A stretch of DNA of 64,000 nt, from NCBI GenBank assembly GCA_964234715.1, contig OZ174280.1, one strand, 5' to 3'. Shown here in pieces: positions 22,506-37,500 of this stretch. Numbering within the stretch: position 1 is the first letter of the stretch; the number at the start of each line of letters is the position of its first letter. The notes beneath the pieces were generated by a model that saw only the letters and a list, made by a program, of their open reading frames with translations, did not search any database and had not been told where the DNA came from. The translations under genes and the position numbers were made by a program. This stretch comes from Podarcis melisellensis (Eukaryota).

Positions 22506-25500
22506 CACTGTGCTCGCACACGTTTTCAAAGTTGTTGCTACAGAGATGAAAAGCCATACTTTCAATCTCTTCAATTAAATGAAGAAGTGGTTTAGAGAGG
22601 AAACACGTACAGAAAGAAAATGCTGGGAATTAGAGCTAGGAGAAAGTGAAGTATCAACCTGATAAGGAGAGCAGGTGGTGAACATGCAATAAATGAAACT
22701 TAAAATGTTGATTTTGCCTTTTACAGGCCGCTGGTTTCAGAGGCTGAGTGGTGGTTTATGTGTACATGAAGTAAAACTGGAAAAACCAGTAGCTTGGAGG
22801 ATTTGTAACCGACAGGGGCCTAGGCTGTCTAACATTGTGAGGCTCAGCTGAGTTAAAAGCCACTTTTAATCCATAAACGTTTGCCCAGGGGTTTCTGAAG
22901 ATATATGTGGAGAAATGAGTATAGTGGATGCCCTAGATAAGTTTTGTACTATGTGGCCCGGGAAGTCCTAATCCTGCATCAGAAATGTTTCCCCGCTAGC
23001 AAAGCAAGAGAGGAGGGAACACAGGTTAATACTAAAGTACAAGCTTTGTGTGAAACAAGTATCCAGGTTTAGTCCCTGTCATCTGGGCTGGGAAGGACAT
23101 GTGCCAGCCAGGATAGAGAATCCCAGCTTGCTTGGACCAGCAGTTTTATTTGCTGTTAAGCAGCATTCCATGAACTTGCTATTGTGCCATCTCAGACAGG
23201 GAAGTTAGTGAAGAGATCTGATTCTGATAATCGAGGGATGAGGAGAGTTGCCAGCAGAAGTACACTGAAACCAGAAGATTGCAAACAAGATTGGGCTTCT
23301 AACACAGTTCCAGGAAACGGACAACTTTTCTTCATAATAGGCATGTGTCTAATCTTCTCAAAGAATGTCTGTGTGCCTCTTAAAGACAGATTGAATTGCT
23401 CATTTGAAAAAGCAAAATGTTCTGAAGAAATAGAACTTGTTTGTATGGTCATCAGTGACAAAACCCGCTTGTAAAATGGTATTGAGAGCCACTTCAAACA
23501 GCAGAGATACTTTGGGCATGGGGGAGAAGGAAGTAGAGATGGAATGGCAGGTACACTCCCAGTGCCAGATTGCAGCCTTGTTTGCTTCCTGGTTCAGAAT
23601 GCCCGAAGGAGGAGTACATGGTGAATCCAGATAAGAACTCCTTGTTATTCCTTAGCTGCTTTTACAACCTGTTCCTTACAGAGGCAGCTGAACGACTTTT
23701 AAGGCTGGCCAATATTTCAACTATGCTTCAGTTATTATTATTCAGTACAAGGTTCTGGGTCCAGCTTTCTGGAGGTAGAATTATTCTGAGTGCATTGGAA
23801 GAATGCTGCAGTTTCCTGAAAATACCCATTTCCACATTTGTGATAAACTTAACATTCCTTACAGCAGCTAAGTGACCTTTACTGGTATGAAAGCACTTTC
23901 TGCTTAAAAGGGTCTCTTTACTATTGATTGATCATCGCAGGTGGGAGAAAGCAGGGATTGAGAACATGGGAAGCTGCCTTATACCAACCAACTCAGACCA
24001 CTGTTCATCCAGCTCAGAGTCATCTACGTTGTACACCAGGGGAGGGTAGTCATTAGTCTTGCAAGATCTACCATATTATTATTATTTGAAATCCCCCAAA
24101 CAGAGCCAGGTGCAAAATAAATTTAGCTAAGGGCTTATCCACTTCCTCTTGTCCCACTGCTTTCCCCTGGGGAAAAAATGCTCTTTTGTTATCAGTCAGA
24201 GCAAATGGCACGGGTTTTCCGTGAACTGCCATTTGTTCCAATTTAAAGCTAAAGAGCAGGTTTTTCTTGGGAAATGAGTGGGGCAAGGGGAAACTTGCTT
24301 AGACCCATGTTTTCTAGGCATGGGGCAAGCAAAAGTGTGGACAAGCCCTAAGAATTAAGGACAGAGTGCCCTTTAACATATGACAGAGTGCCCTTTAACT
24401 ATCTGTAACTTTAACATATGTTTAGCCTAGATTTCCCTGCAAGGCTTTCTTTGTTTCAGCAACCTAATTTAGAATTTTTGTGTCTCTCTCTGTGTTATTT
24501 TATTTTATTTATTTATACTCCACCCATCTGGCTGGGTTGCCCCACCTATTTTTGGTGTTGCTATTACAGTGGTACCTTGGGTTAAGAACTTACGGTAATT
24601 CGTTCCGGACGTCCGTTCTTAACCTGAAACTGTTCTTAATCTGAGGTATCTTTAGCTGATGGGGCCTCCTACTGCAGCCACGCCGCCGTGTGATTTCTGT
24701 TCTCATCCTGAAGCAAAGTTCTTAACCCGAGGTACTATTTCTGGGTTAGTGGAGTCTGTAACCTGAAGCGTCTGTAACCCAAGGTACCACTGTACTAGAC
24801 AGTTGGAATCCCTTACCAAGCTCCTGGAAATCACCCAGAGATCTGCCAGTAGTTTCCAATCTACCACCACACCTGCTTGATACTGTCTAGCGGGGTTTCA
24901 GACAGAAGTCTTTTCCAGCTCTGCTTGGAGACACTGGGAGGGTTTTTTAAAAGCAACTGCACCAATTCCCCATAGTAACCCCCCCCCATACCGAAAAAGC
25001 AAAGACTGAACGAACACAAAGCGTGCTTTACACCCTGTATCAATGGCAGTTTCTCCCTAGGAGCCACTAGTTCTTATCTACCATATAGTGACGGTTCATT
25101 TATGAGTCTGCTTTAGTTTGGTGGCAGGTGCAAAAACAGGAATATTTTAAGAGTAGCTACAAGGATAAAATGAAGTGTTACCTGCCAAAAGATGAAGGTG
25201 AAGAAGAGGTGGTTTCCGCTCAAAAGAAGATGTTTTAATCTGGTTTTGGCAGTTTATTTTAAGTATGGAAATGGAGCACATTCTACCCTAATACAATATG
25301 GGTACATGCTGTCCCTGACATTTCATGTTAATTAACTGCTTAATAAACACTTATGCCTCATATGTCTAATTTCCCCCCTTTTTTCAAACTTCACATTATC
25401 AATTTTCTAACGGTACAGTCCCCCCCCCAACTCATTTCTGTCCAACCGCACACTGAAGAAAAGGCTTTGACATAGGGGGTTGAATCTGGGACGTTTTGTA

Positions 25501-28500
25501 TGCAAAACGTAGTCTCAAACAATATCCCTTCCCCATTGTGTAAGACCAAATGTGTGCGTGTGTTTTAAATTTATCTACCATCTATTTTCTACAGAAGAAA
25601 AGTATCTTTTTTCTACATGACTGTTAATTGTTTTGCATAATATACCCCTCATTTGTGGGGGTTCCCCCCCCCCATATTTAGTATATGTTCTTGTTTGGGA
25701 AAGTGGTTTGTCAGTAGAATTATTTTTATTTCTCCCCTTTTTCTGACTTACCTGCTATTCATTGCACTCGGGTAGGTTATCCTTACAATGTGCCAAATAA
25801 AGAACAGCTCAGGCAAGTGCCAGGAGCAAATGTCAGTCTCTTGCCAAGGAAAATAAATGGATATATACAGTAAGCTTATGTCCAGGAGAATTCTCATGAA
25901 TCGCACAGAAGTTCTTGCTCATTAAAAGTGGAATTTCCTTAATAGCTTGGAAATGTCAAACTCTGTGCTAATCTATTGCTCTTGAGTGATGGGTGTGCAC
26001 ACATACATGCAGATAGAGGGATTGTGAGCAGACAGAATCATGTATGCCTTACAGAAAATGGGAAGGCAATGACCAAGTTCAGATGTAACATTAGACTGTG
26101 GTTTAACACTGCATGAATCAGCCTCCTCTCTTCCTGAGCAACTCTATTCCTCCCATACAGCCAAGAACATGAGTCCACAGGCTGTTCCTTTTTTGTAAAC
26201 TGTGACTTCGTGTGCTATCTGAAGCAGGGATAACGTTTTCTCACTAACTGCACTTAGTTTTCAAACAAGTCAACTTCAAATTGTGAGTTATGAAGCTGTA
26301 TTGATTTTATATAAAAACCCTAACCATAGTTAGTGTTAAATTACTATTCTCAGTTTTGACAACGCAGGAAGTCATAGTTTACTGAAAGCAAAGCAAGAGC
26401 TTATATGTTCCTTCTTTTAGCTGTGGGTAGGTGGGGAGAGCCCTGAAGGAAGGTAGACACATTCACATTGCTTTTAAACAGTGGTTTAGTGTAACATCCA
26501 GACACGACTGAATATATGTGAGCTGCTAATGGCTTATCCTTCGGTGTTTTGCCAGGTAAAAACATACATTTCTCTGCAATCGAAAAAGCACAGGTTGCAA
26601 TCTCAGTTGGGTGTTTGAGTGACAGAATGCATGAAACTGAGTGCTTGACTTTGTGTTCCCACATATTTTTTACATCCAACAAACAGTTAGCTTTAAAAGC
26701 ATTGTAGGCTGCTCTAGCTCCATATCTAATTCAAAATGCCGAATGCTACTGCATATAAGACTGAAGCAAAAATTAAACCAACCCCCCCCCAAACCCCTGG
26801 CATTCAAAGAGGCAAATTGATAGGTCTGGAGGATATTCTGACAATAGCTTGAATTAAGCACACAGAGTGAAGGGTGGGAGGGAAGGCGCTGTACCCATTA
26901 AACAAGTGCAGGTGGTTGGGATGCAGCGGTGCATCTCACCCAGCATCATTAACTGTGACTGGGAATTGCTCTCCCACAGAGGCCTTTCTCGGTCTTGGGG
27001 CGGCATGCTTGCAAAGCAAGTGCTCAGCAGCTGAGCCTCTGCAGGTCTTTTGACTGTGGATCCAGCCTGGAAGCTCAACTTGTAGCTGTTACACTTGAGA
27101 CCCCTTGGACTTGACTTTCATTACAGAAAAGTAGCACTTGTTATAGCCCTTCTGAGCTTCATCTGGAATTGTACTAATTTTTCCTCCTTCAAGAATTTTA
27201 CTATCCCAGTGAAATGTTTTAAAAATACTGGAAGCTGGCTACCAGGAATTGCTTGCATAGGCTGAAAGAGAGCAATACACTGCCCTGTTCACTGCTTCAG
27301 CCAGTAATGAGAATTCTGTGCCACTGTGCATACAGATAAGGGCAGGGATCTGGGCCAAATCTCTTGGGCTGAGCCCAAACGATTGCCTTTTGTTCCATGT
27401 TAGTTTGTTTTTGTCCTTTTGCATTCTTGTATTTCTCTTCACATGTTTGCAGGGTACACGTGCAGACATCAGTACAGGGATGGAAAGGGACATGAGACAT
27501 AACAAGGAGGGAAGCTTCCATTGATGCCAGTAGCACTTTCCCTCCTGGTTCAAATAGCAGCTTTTGGGGCAGGGGGCAAGAAAGGTTTTTGCCAGGAACA
27601 TGGCTGACAGACACCATTAACTGCCTCTTGGTACAGGGTCCAAATCCTGATCCCCCCTCGGCCACAAATTATAAGAAAGCTAGGCACATTAATTTCAACC
27701 ATCCATTTAACATGTCACCAAATTTGGCCCCCAGCTTTGCACTGCTGACCATAGTTTCAAGCGCCACCACCAAGTGACATTCTGCACATCTTTATTTGGA
27801 GGGTGATGTTTAGCCCTGATGAATGCCTGCGATTTGGAAGACTGTGGGTTCCACTCAGCATTGTTCCATGGGCAGATGTACAGTCCACTTACACCAGACA
27901 GAGCAAGTACGGAAAAAATGTGTGTGTTTTTGTCACGGGGTCATGCATAGTTTTGTTTCTGACTACACACCAGATTTTGCATGGCTCTGCTCCTGAGTAG
28001 CTCACTCTCTAGGTTCAGCCTCTGTCCCTCTCCCTTCTTGAACACATTCATTAACCTCTTTCTGTTATATACGTTGTGATGGTAGATGTGATGAAACTAA
28101 AATGAAGCCAAGTACATAATCTCCAACACTTTTTGGTTGTGGGAGCAGGGAGCAGAGAAGTGACATATTCCCTGCAGAAGTTTTACATGGCAAAAGTTTT
28201 GCAGTCTTTGGTGGTGCACATATTTGTATTTGGTTGAGGAAAATACTGGGTGCTTTTTAAAAGCACAAAACCCATAACATTTTCTCCTGCATTAAAATGC
28301 ATTTTCTTCCGAAGTCTGATAGTTCTCCTGTGATCAAGTGATACTGTTCTAGAAGAAAATGTGTGTGGCTGCACCTTTCTGTAAAAACTGGATGTGCTGA
28401 GAAAGATCAAGGGATTTCAAAAACCTTCCCTGTCAAACAGTCTTAATATAATAACTCTTGTCTTACCTTTTCCCTTCCCTGATATTCAAGTGCTGTGAAA

Positions 28501-31500
28501 CTTCAAAGGCTTGGCTTGTTTTCAATTGCTATTTTGAACCACTTGCTGTTCATCAGCCTAGGAACAAAATCACTTTTTACACACTAGCTAGATCTAATTT
28601 AAATGGTGTTTGAGAAAGGCTCTATATTTTCATGAGCCCTTTGTCTCTTATTAGTTTAAGAAAATGCTAATACAGTGCCAAAACATTGTTTAACATGTCA
28701 CAAAACTCCAAAGCTTGTTCTGCAACAAAGCTAAATAAGCCTTCTGAATTTAAGTTAAGCAGAAGGAAAAATATATCATGTTTGCACTATAAATGAAGGT
28801 GCTGAAGAACTAAACTTTTTCCTTGAACAAGTTCAGCAAAATCCTTTGATTTACTTATTTTTTTTCCCCCTTTTTGCTCTGTATAAAAGAAGAAGAGCAA
28901 AACCCTCTCATGCTTGTTTATAGCCTTGCCAACAGAGTTGGAAAGGAGTGCCTGGCTTTTGCCAATGAAGAGTTCACCTGGGTGTGAGAATGAGTACCTC
29001 CTCTATGTAGAGAGCACTCATCTTGGGGAGGGCAAGAGTTCTGGGGCAAGACGGTTCAAACAAGACACAGTATTTATGTACTATGAAAGGCGTGGGGGAG
29101 ACACGGGAGGCAGCTGCAACGGATATACATTACAGCAAGGGTTTTTCTTTAACTTGCTTACCTGTGTGGGGTGCTGTGTCCTTGCATCTCCAGTTGTGGG
29201 AGCAGAAGGGAACTTGGCATTTGGGCCTGAAGCTCCAAGGTGAGATACTGTACCAGATAAGGTTCTGGGAAGAGAGGTGGAGGCTTCTGCCAAAGTCGAA
29301 AGCTGTCAAATCTTCAGTATGGGATTGCATCCTAATTAAATTGCAATTCATTATTTATGTTTGCTTACCATTTTTGAGCTTTTCTTTTGATATACTTCCA
29401 CACTTGTCTTTATCAGCTCTGAATTTCTCCTGCTGTTTTATTGTCTCTCTCACAGCCCTTTAAAGTTAGCTTCTTTGAGAAATCTTGCATCCTTTTGCCT
29501 GACTTGTGTGTGCTTTTGCCTCATTTGACAGCTCCCTTTCTGATTAATTTATGCTTATGTCAAACAGAGGCCCCATTATTTGCTTCAGATTCTTTCTTTC
29601 TGTCGGTTGCTTCATCAGATCTTTAAAAGATTTGATTCTCGTACCACTTCTTGGTTTTCATAGGAGCCTCTTAGTTTGGGAGCTCTGGGTTTGCATGTAC
29701 AGATTGTGCAGAGGTCTGTGCATATTAAGTTCATTGCAAGCAAGCTTTTTTGCACACACTGCCTTAAGTCAAACATGTGGATGGCAGGTGGAACCAGCAG
29801 GTGCCCCATGAAGGGGATGGTGGTAATCCTGTTTGTCACTATGCAGGCCCTTTGAAGGTCTGCAGAGGACTGCAGTTTGACACTACACAGGCTGTAAGAA
29901 CAAAAGCGGGGGTTTCTCAGCAACATCATTGCTCTTATGCAGCTGCCCTACATGTCTTTGTCCAAATGCAGAGCTTTTTATCAGGTATATAGATTTGGGT
30001 GTTAGAAGTAATTAGGTGTTTTGTTTTGTTTTTTTAAGAATTAATAAGGAAATCTTAGAACCTTATTTCTAAACAGATTATAATCTATTCATTTCCTTAC
30101 TATTTAAGGGGGGGAGTGGGAAGATAAGGTGCTCAACTTGCAGCTTAACACAAAAGGTGATTTTTGCCAGGCTTTTAGGCTAACTCTTCCAGCCGGCTAC
30201 ATTTGCCTTGAGCATTAGCTTAACTTCTTCATAAACATCTCTCCCTGGCCTCTGCACAGAGGAAGGTGTCGGGTTTTCAAGGTGATTAGCAGGGAACACT
30301 TTACCCATGCAGCAGCTGTTCCTCCATATGGATGTGTGGAACACAGTCAAAGATAAGTGAAGGGCAGGGCAGGGCAGGGCAGGAGGTGTCCACAGAAAGC
30401 AAAAAACCGGCTTTCATCAATCCTGATAAAATTAACATCTGGGAAACTTTTACAAAAAGCTGCCTTTTTGTTGCCGCTGTTTCACGTAGGGCTACTTCAT
30501 GTATTACAAACAGAAAAGAGATTAATCTACATGTCAGGTGATGCGTGAGCAAACTGCCAACCTGGATCTAATCGCTGCGTGGAATTATGCTTAACACCAA
30601 AGCACCTTTGTCCACAAAATGGCACAGCCAACTCTGACCCTGAGTGGTATGGGGATGGTATGGTGCATTTTTTTTCCTTTCAAAGAAGCCTCCCTTCCCC
30701 ACATTAAATGCTGGAATTCTGGGATGAACTGGGAATTGGGAGTGCATGCCTGATTCTCTGACTCCAGTCCTCTACGTTCCAAGATACTTTAATATTTTGA
30801 AGGGTCTTCCCTCCTATTATTCATTATTTTTTTACCTTTATATCCCAACAGTCCAAGGAGTTGAAGGTGCTGTACATAGTTCTCCTCCCTCATTTTATCC
30901 TCACAACAACCCTGTGAGGTAGGTTAGGCAGCGACTGGCCCCAAGGTCAGCACCCAGTGAGCTTCATACCTGCGAGGGGGGGGTGTATTTGAACCCCAAT
31001 CTCCCCGGTTTTAGTGCAATGCTCTCTTGACTACACTACATTGGCTCATAAATATTACTGTATCCAAATAATGCAATTCCAAGCCAGAATGAGATTTGAT
31101 GGCTCTCTATAGATTTTAGAAGAATGCAGCTGCAAATGAAATGAGTAGCATTAGATCACAAGGAAGGTAGTTGGGGACCAGAATTTGACTTTAGGCAGAG
31201 TGAGGCAGCTGCCTCAGGTAGCACATGCTGTGTGGGTGGTGGTGTGGCAGCGAGAAGCTGGATGATAGAGGTAGGTGTGCACCACATGGTCTTCCCTGCA
31301 TGCCCCACGGGATGTGGTGGAGTGCACCATCTTTGCTAGTGTTGAAGTAAGATTCAACAGCCGCTCCAGTTGGCTTATCTACATCGAATGGACAGCACCA
31401 GAGTGCCTTTTACCCCAGGCAGCAAAATGTCTTGGGCCAGCCCTTTCAGGGACAATAGAACACATTATAAAGAGTTTTTATAAGAAAAACATATAAAAAG

Positions 31501-34500
31501 CATGTTAACCTAGCCACTCGGGGACTTAGCTGGAGATTGCATTTGCCATTAAGCAAATGTATGATATTAATTACATTTGTTCCTAAGAAAGTTACCAGTG
31601 CATTTGCAAGCAGGCCTTTGTTCTTGTCGGGGAGCAGAACTAGCTTCTCTCTTACGGCATCTAGATTCTGAAGCAAGATAGATCCTAAACAAGGTACCGG
31701 TAATTTGCTGTATTTTTGTCCCAAGCAAAAGTCAAGATTGTTTTTATGGGAAGGATTTTTGATTTATTTGATTTGTTTGCGTGTTGGCTGCTCTTCAGCC
31801 AAGACTCTCAGAGCAGCTCATAAGAATTAAATTAATAATATACAATGACAATGTGATAGCTCAGCCAGTAGAGCATGCGACTTAACCTCAGAGTCGTGGG
31901 TTCAAGCCCCACATTGGGCAAAAGACTCCTGCATCACAGGGGGTTGGACAAGGTGACCCTCAGGGTCCCTTCCAGCTCTACAAGTCTACGATTCTGTGAA
32001 TATCAAACTGTACAATATGTTGCCAATAAAGAAGGCAACATTCCAGCATGATGAAACGCAAACAAGCCAAAAGACCTGGGCAAATTAAAACGTCCTCACC
32101 TGGCACCAAACAGAAAACCAAGGCTAAGGCTGTGTACTACATACCACACATTTTAATGCATCTTACTACCTCCGAAGGAATAACTTTTACTTTTTATAAA
32201 TGAAAATTAGGTATATTTACAGTTTGAAGCCGGACACAAAAAGGAGAGTCTCTCCTGTTAAGAGAGGAAGAAGAGCAGTTGCCCAGTAGGATTGATTAAT
32301 CTTTATTAAGTTAGTTAATATTAGTGGCAAACAGCAGAACTGAATACATATGAAACGTATAGAATGAACACAGAGTCCATTAAACAGATTAAACATATGA
32401 CCTTTGCATTTTCTACTCAAATGAGAATGGCTACATCATAGCAAGTAGGAAATGCCAAAATAAATATATACCGGTAGATCAGCCTCAGAATAAATATGCA
32501 GAACAGCCCCATATGCCTCCATCGCAAAGAAACAGAGAGCGCATTACTTGGTCAGGTGACTCATAGGAGAATTGGTGGACTTGGCTCATTTCCAGAACCG
32601 TTCTCTCTGGCCCTGGTCAAATACTCCAGTACTCCATCTGTTTAGAGAACTAAAGAAATATTGTTTTGCCTTTTAGGCAACACTTTATATCCGGGTTTCT
32701 CCAGGAACCTGTTTAATGAACAACCAGTTTTGTTACACTAATCCCTAATAATGCTAGGATAAACATAGTATGTTTGCTAAATATTTAGAATCTAGAGGAG
32801 CCCTGAGAATTTAGAGCAGTTGTGAATAAATATGCTTCATAAAATCAACAACAACCACAACTACAACAGCAACCACAACAATCCCTGCCCCTGGATTCTA
32901 CCACCTTGCTCTGCATAACTCAGAAATGATGCAGGGAGCGAAGGATGCCTTCCCTGCACCAGGCTTTGTGTGTGTGATCTCATGTTTTGCAAAGCCAAAT
33001 CAATAGGTATAGGAAGAGCACTCCCTATTTTCTCTCGCTTGAAAATGCCACCCAGCTAGCATTTCCCTTCTAAAGAAAACATGGGGTTGTGAATCCTGTG
33101 TTTTTTCTCCTAACATGTAGACCTGTGCCAGGAGTTGGGGAAATGGGATTTTGCTGCACGTAGTAAGGCAACTGGAGCTCTCATGTACCCTGGCTCTACT
33201 ATGGATTTGGATAACATTTGTTCATACTCTGCACAACTACAGTACCAGCACAGTTTCTTTCTAGTGGCATAAACACCTTCTCTGGAAATGGGCTTGTGCT
33301 TAGTAAATGGAATCTCATCTGCTTTAAGGTTTGGCTTGTTATCAACAGAGCAGTTATTCAAAACTGCCTTGATTCTGGAATTTGTAGGCATATGCATAGG
33401 ATTATAAAAGTCCAGCTTATTCTCTCAGTTGTATAAATTAGAAGTAGCTGCTCTAGAGAATAGAATTGCATGTGTCTATAGGATAGACCAGCCCGTGGCA
33501 CGTTTAGTGTACTACCTTAATGTGGGGGCCACCAAATCTAGTTTACATGTTCCTATTGTGCAAAATTCTGCAGCTCTGAGCATAATAACCTGATGTCCTG
33601 TGGAGAGCCAATCTTCTATAATAAGTGGGAAAGCATCTATCATTGGTGCTAAATGCACACGGTGTTATTTCACCCCTGCACTTTCTCTTTCAGTCTGAAT
33701 ACCATTATGAATACACAGCATGTAACAGCCAAGGCTCCAGATGGAGAGTAGCTGTGCCGCACAACCCAGGACTCTGCACCGGCTTGCCAGACCCCATCAA
33801 AGGCACAAAATGCTGTAAGCTATGACTGCTGTCACCACACCTTCCCTTTACATAGTTTATTCCAGCCAACTGGAGGCTCCAGAGCCACGTTGAGCCGTGG
33901 GGCACAAGATGTCACATCGTGCAGTGTGTTAAAATGAGGTCTACCCCTGTTAATAGTTGAACATTCAGAAGAGAGAAATACCAATTTCATGCTTAGAATA
34001 TCCTTGAATGCAGGCGGTGACCATTTTTCGTGCATCTGATTGCCGTGCAACCACCAATGCCTGTGTTGCTTTTGGCCCCAGGAGGGGATGGAACGGGCTT
34101 ACTTGCGACTGCTGACACGTGCAATGACCTGGAGCGCAACCCCCACACAGGTGGAGAGTTGCCTGTATTTTGTGTATGTTAACTTCCCACACACAAAGTT
34201 AGCATTGGCATACGTGACTTGAAATTGACATGTTGCTGAAATTTTGTAATGATGCACTTAGATACAAATTTGGACACCCCCCCAATGTTAATGGCTGGGG
34301 GAGTGGGAGGATGGTGCAGTATTGCCTCTCCATTGCTGATGGTGCTCTGCTATGCCAGAGGTCCTGAGCTTCTCTCTGACAAGTGGGAAGCTTCTGCTGG
34401 TGGGTTTTCCCATTGGCAGTAAACCACAGAAAGTCTTGAAATGGGACATTGCAAGGCACCAGAGGCTGTGAGTCTGTTGGATCCAAAGCCCCACAGATTC

Positions 34501-37500
34501 CCACAGGGGCCAGATCCTATGACTAGTTAATGAGCAAACCAGGATTAGGAACCATAGTTACATCTTGGTTTGTTCTCATTCAATGAATTTTAAGCAAACC
34601 ACAATTCTTAGAGTCTGGATGTTGTAGGGAACTGTGGTTTGAAATTGTATAAGAAGCTACACCAGTGGTGAACTGGATGCATATGGGAAACAGAAGAAGG
34701 ACATGAGCACAGTAGGACTCTCCCAAGTTGTGATTCTTATTAAGTGGCAACCCACAGATTCCCAGAGTTCAGTCTGGCCAGGGCAAATGCATCGGGGCAG
34801 CATGTTATATAAATCCTAGGAATCACTCAAGGAAGTCTCTGTTTGGTTTTCATTTGTCCTTTTCCCCTGATCAGTTTTTCTCTTCTGCATTTCAGCATTT
34901 TCCTGCAAAGCTGGTGAATTCTTGGACATGAAGAACCAGTCATGCATGCCGTGTGCAGAGGGCACATATTCTCTGGGCACTGGCATCAGGTTCGATGAGT
35001 GGGATGAGCTGCCCCATGGTTTTGACAACAAAGCAACCAACCTTGAAATTGATTACAGCTACTCAGAGTCCTTGGGAAACTGCAGCATGTGAGTGAGCTT
35101 GTTGCTTTCATTTCTGCTAGAGCACATCATTATCACATAGACTGCTGATTCTAAAAGCTAAACACGTTGTTTAAGTGGGGGTGCTTGTGAATTTCTCCAC
35201 AGATCCTGAGGGTCTGAATTACCCAGTCTTGTTTTTGGAGCAGTATCTTGCTAGTCTCCTGGCTTTGATTTCCAGACTGCTGCACGTGCTCAGTTGATGC
35301 CATTCTCAATTGTAGCTTCCCCTCCCTCCCTCACAGCTAGGTGATTCCCATCAGCATGTATGCATATGGATTAAATCTCTGTGCAAAAAAGGAATCCTGA
35401 TGTGGTTGCATCAAGGTTCAATTTTAAACTATGATTTAATCAATATGTATATGCGCTGGTGTGCATTAGTCACTTTAAGGGGGGGGGGGAGGAAGAGCCA
35501 TGAACTGCAAATTGAGCAATGTGCCAAGTAAAAAACTAACTTTAGAATTCTCCAAGCCAAACCAAAAGGCAGGCAAAGCAGGATGTGGAACAGAGCAACC
35601 CCAGAGAATAGCGATGGGATGGGATGGAAAAGGGAAATACTCTCTTCCCTAAGTTTGATCAGTTGCTGCACTGTGTCTATAGTAGGCCTGGCCCAAGGCG
35701 TTTTGGCATCGGAGGTGAACCACAAAATGGTGCTCCCCCATGCCAGGGAACAAGGGGGTGAGTGATCTACAGCAGGGGAGGGGGAGGGGTCTTGCATGAG
35801 GAAAGAGGCCCACTCTGAATCACATTGGGCCAGTACAGAGCCAGGAGACCCCAAAGGGCAGTCTCTGCCATTTTCTTCCTAGGGGTGGGAGGGCACCAAC
35901 AGCACCTCCTATTTGCTGAGAGCATGCAGTGGAGGCAGCATGGTGGTGCTGCTGAGGAGGATGCAGATCCAGCATCCAAGTAGCCTGTCATAGCTGTTGC
36001 TGCCCCCATGGCAGCAGCAATGGACAATGCATTTTTTTGAGGCCGGATTTGCTGCATTTGTGGATCTTGCTGCCTGAGGTGGCTTCCTCACCTTACCTCA
36101 TAGGTGGGCCAGCCCTGGTATATAGATGAAATGGTAAGTTCATGTGCACCAACACCCTAGCATTTCTGACATTTGGCACTCTGTGTGTGAGTGAGAGTGT
36201 GTAAATTCTCCCAATGTGACCAGAATTCTTCACCAGGGTTAAGTAAATTAAATACATTTTGCATATATTTACTTACTGTGCATAATTCAGTTTGCTTCCC
36301 CTAATCACAAAAGACAAAGAGGATATATAATGCATTGAATCCCCATTTCCTGCCAGCTGAAATTCTGTTTCCCCTTTGCACCTGAGATTTCACTCATTTT
36401 GCAGCCATATAGACTAGACTCTCACTTTGGTTTGGTTTTTAAAAGGAAAGCCCAGGTTCCTGACTGGTATGGTTACACAGTGGTAAGATACAGACAGTTG
36501 ATTAAGTTTTAATTGCAATAGCAGATTCTGTCATTGCTCCCACTGGGTTATTTTGACCTGCTAATTTTTACCTAGGGAACAGATATTGTGACTTTCTCAT
36601 TTTTAAGTCCAGGGATTTGTTTGCTTATAAAACAGACAGCCACTTAATTTCTAAATAAAAAAGTACATTACTAGATTCTGACATTTTTATTGCTTTATGA
36701 ATTACAGCCCCAGGAATAGTTCACAGCAATATTGGGTTTTTAAAAACATTTAAAATTAAACAGACTTCACTGCAGAAATGTACCAGCATATTATTTTTCA
36801 GTAATTTCCTAAAGTATTGTAATGTGGTTAGTTTGTAAAATCAGTTCAAACCAGTATTTAATAGCTTTATTTTCTATTCTAATTTCTCCCCCTTGGAAGT
36901 GACAAAACTATAGGGGGTAGGAAATCAATATTTTGCAAAATGGGTACAAAGTGCTAAAGGAAAAGGAATAATTTTAACATTAGATACCTTTATGTAAAGG
37001 CAAATGTGTTCCAGGGGAGCTGTGTATTATTTCTTTCATTTAAAGGCCATCTTTGAAATTTCAGTTTTTCCTTCTTAGCAGTAAAAGAAGATGGAAAAAT
37101 AACTTCTACTGCAGGTTTTTAATATGAATCTCCATTCAATTTTAATGAGCACATTATTTTTCACCCAATTTCGTCTGTCACTTCTAGTTTGCATCTTTTT
37201 AATTATGAAGAATACTATTAGTCAAATAGTGTATAGAGAAGATTTGTTGTCAGTTATTTTAATTTCTCTTGACATGCCTTGTTTTACCTTCTGCTCTGAG
37301 ATCTCTGCTCAAGCAGTCCAGACCACTATATATCTCCCTGTCTGGGAAAGGTTTGGATGAGACATAAGTAGGCCTCCCCCAGTGAAAAACTGCCTATATT
37401 GCTTGTGGGGGGGGGACTCCACACCAGCAGAAATACATCTGCCCACCCACAGATTGCTGGGCAGGTGAAAATGCACCCACCAGCAGCTAACCTTGTGGAG

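Noticed and set aside
22062-22595. 177-aa ORF in ELAPOR1 intron 1
   Set aside because: It runs through a decayed repeat and an (AC)n tract and shows no coding signature.
24360-24420. Short direct duplications (GACAGAGTGCCCTTTAAC twice; also CATGAGGTACACAGT twice at about 55092-55122)
   Set aside because: Two-copy slippage duplications with no array or spacer structure; not CRISPR-like, and the DNA is eukaryotic.
31855-31925. tRNA-like sequences here and at 17907 and 56072
   Set aside because: The cloverleaf is degenerate and each is fused to a LINE-derived tail, so these are SINE heads rather than tRNA genes.
32550-32563. Oestrogen response element candidate in ELAPOR1 intron 1 (GGTCAggTGACTCA); also GGTCAtcagTGACA at about 23447
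   Set aside because: Spacers are 2 and 4 nt rather than the 3 nt required for an ERE; at most a half-site plus an AP-1 motif.
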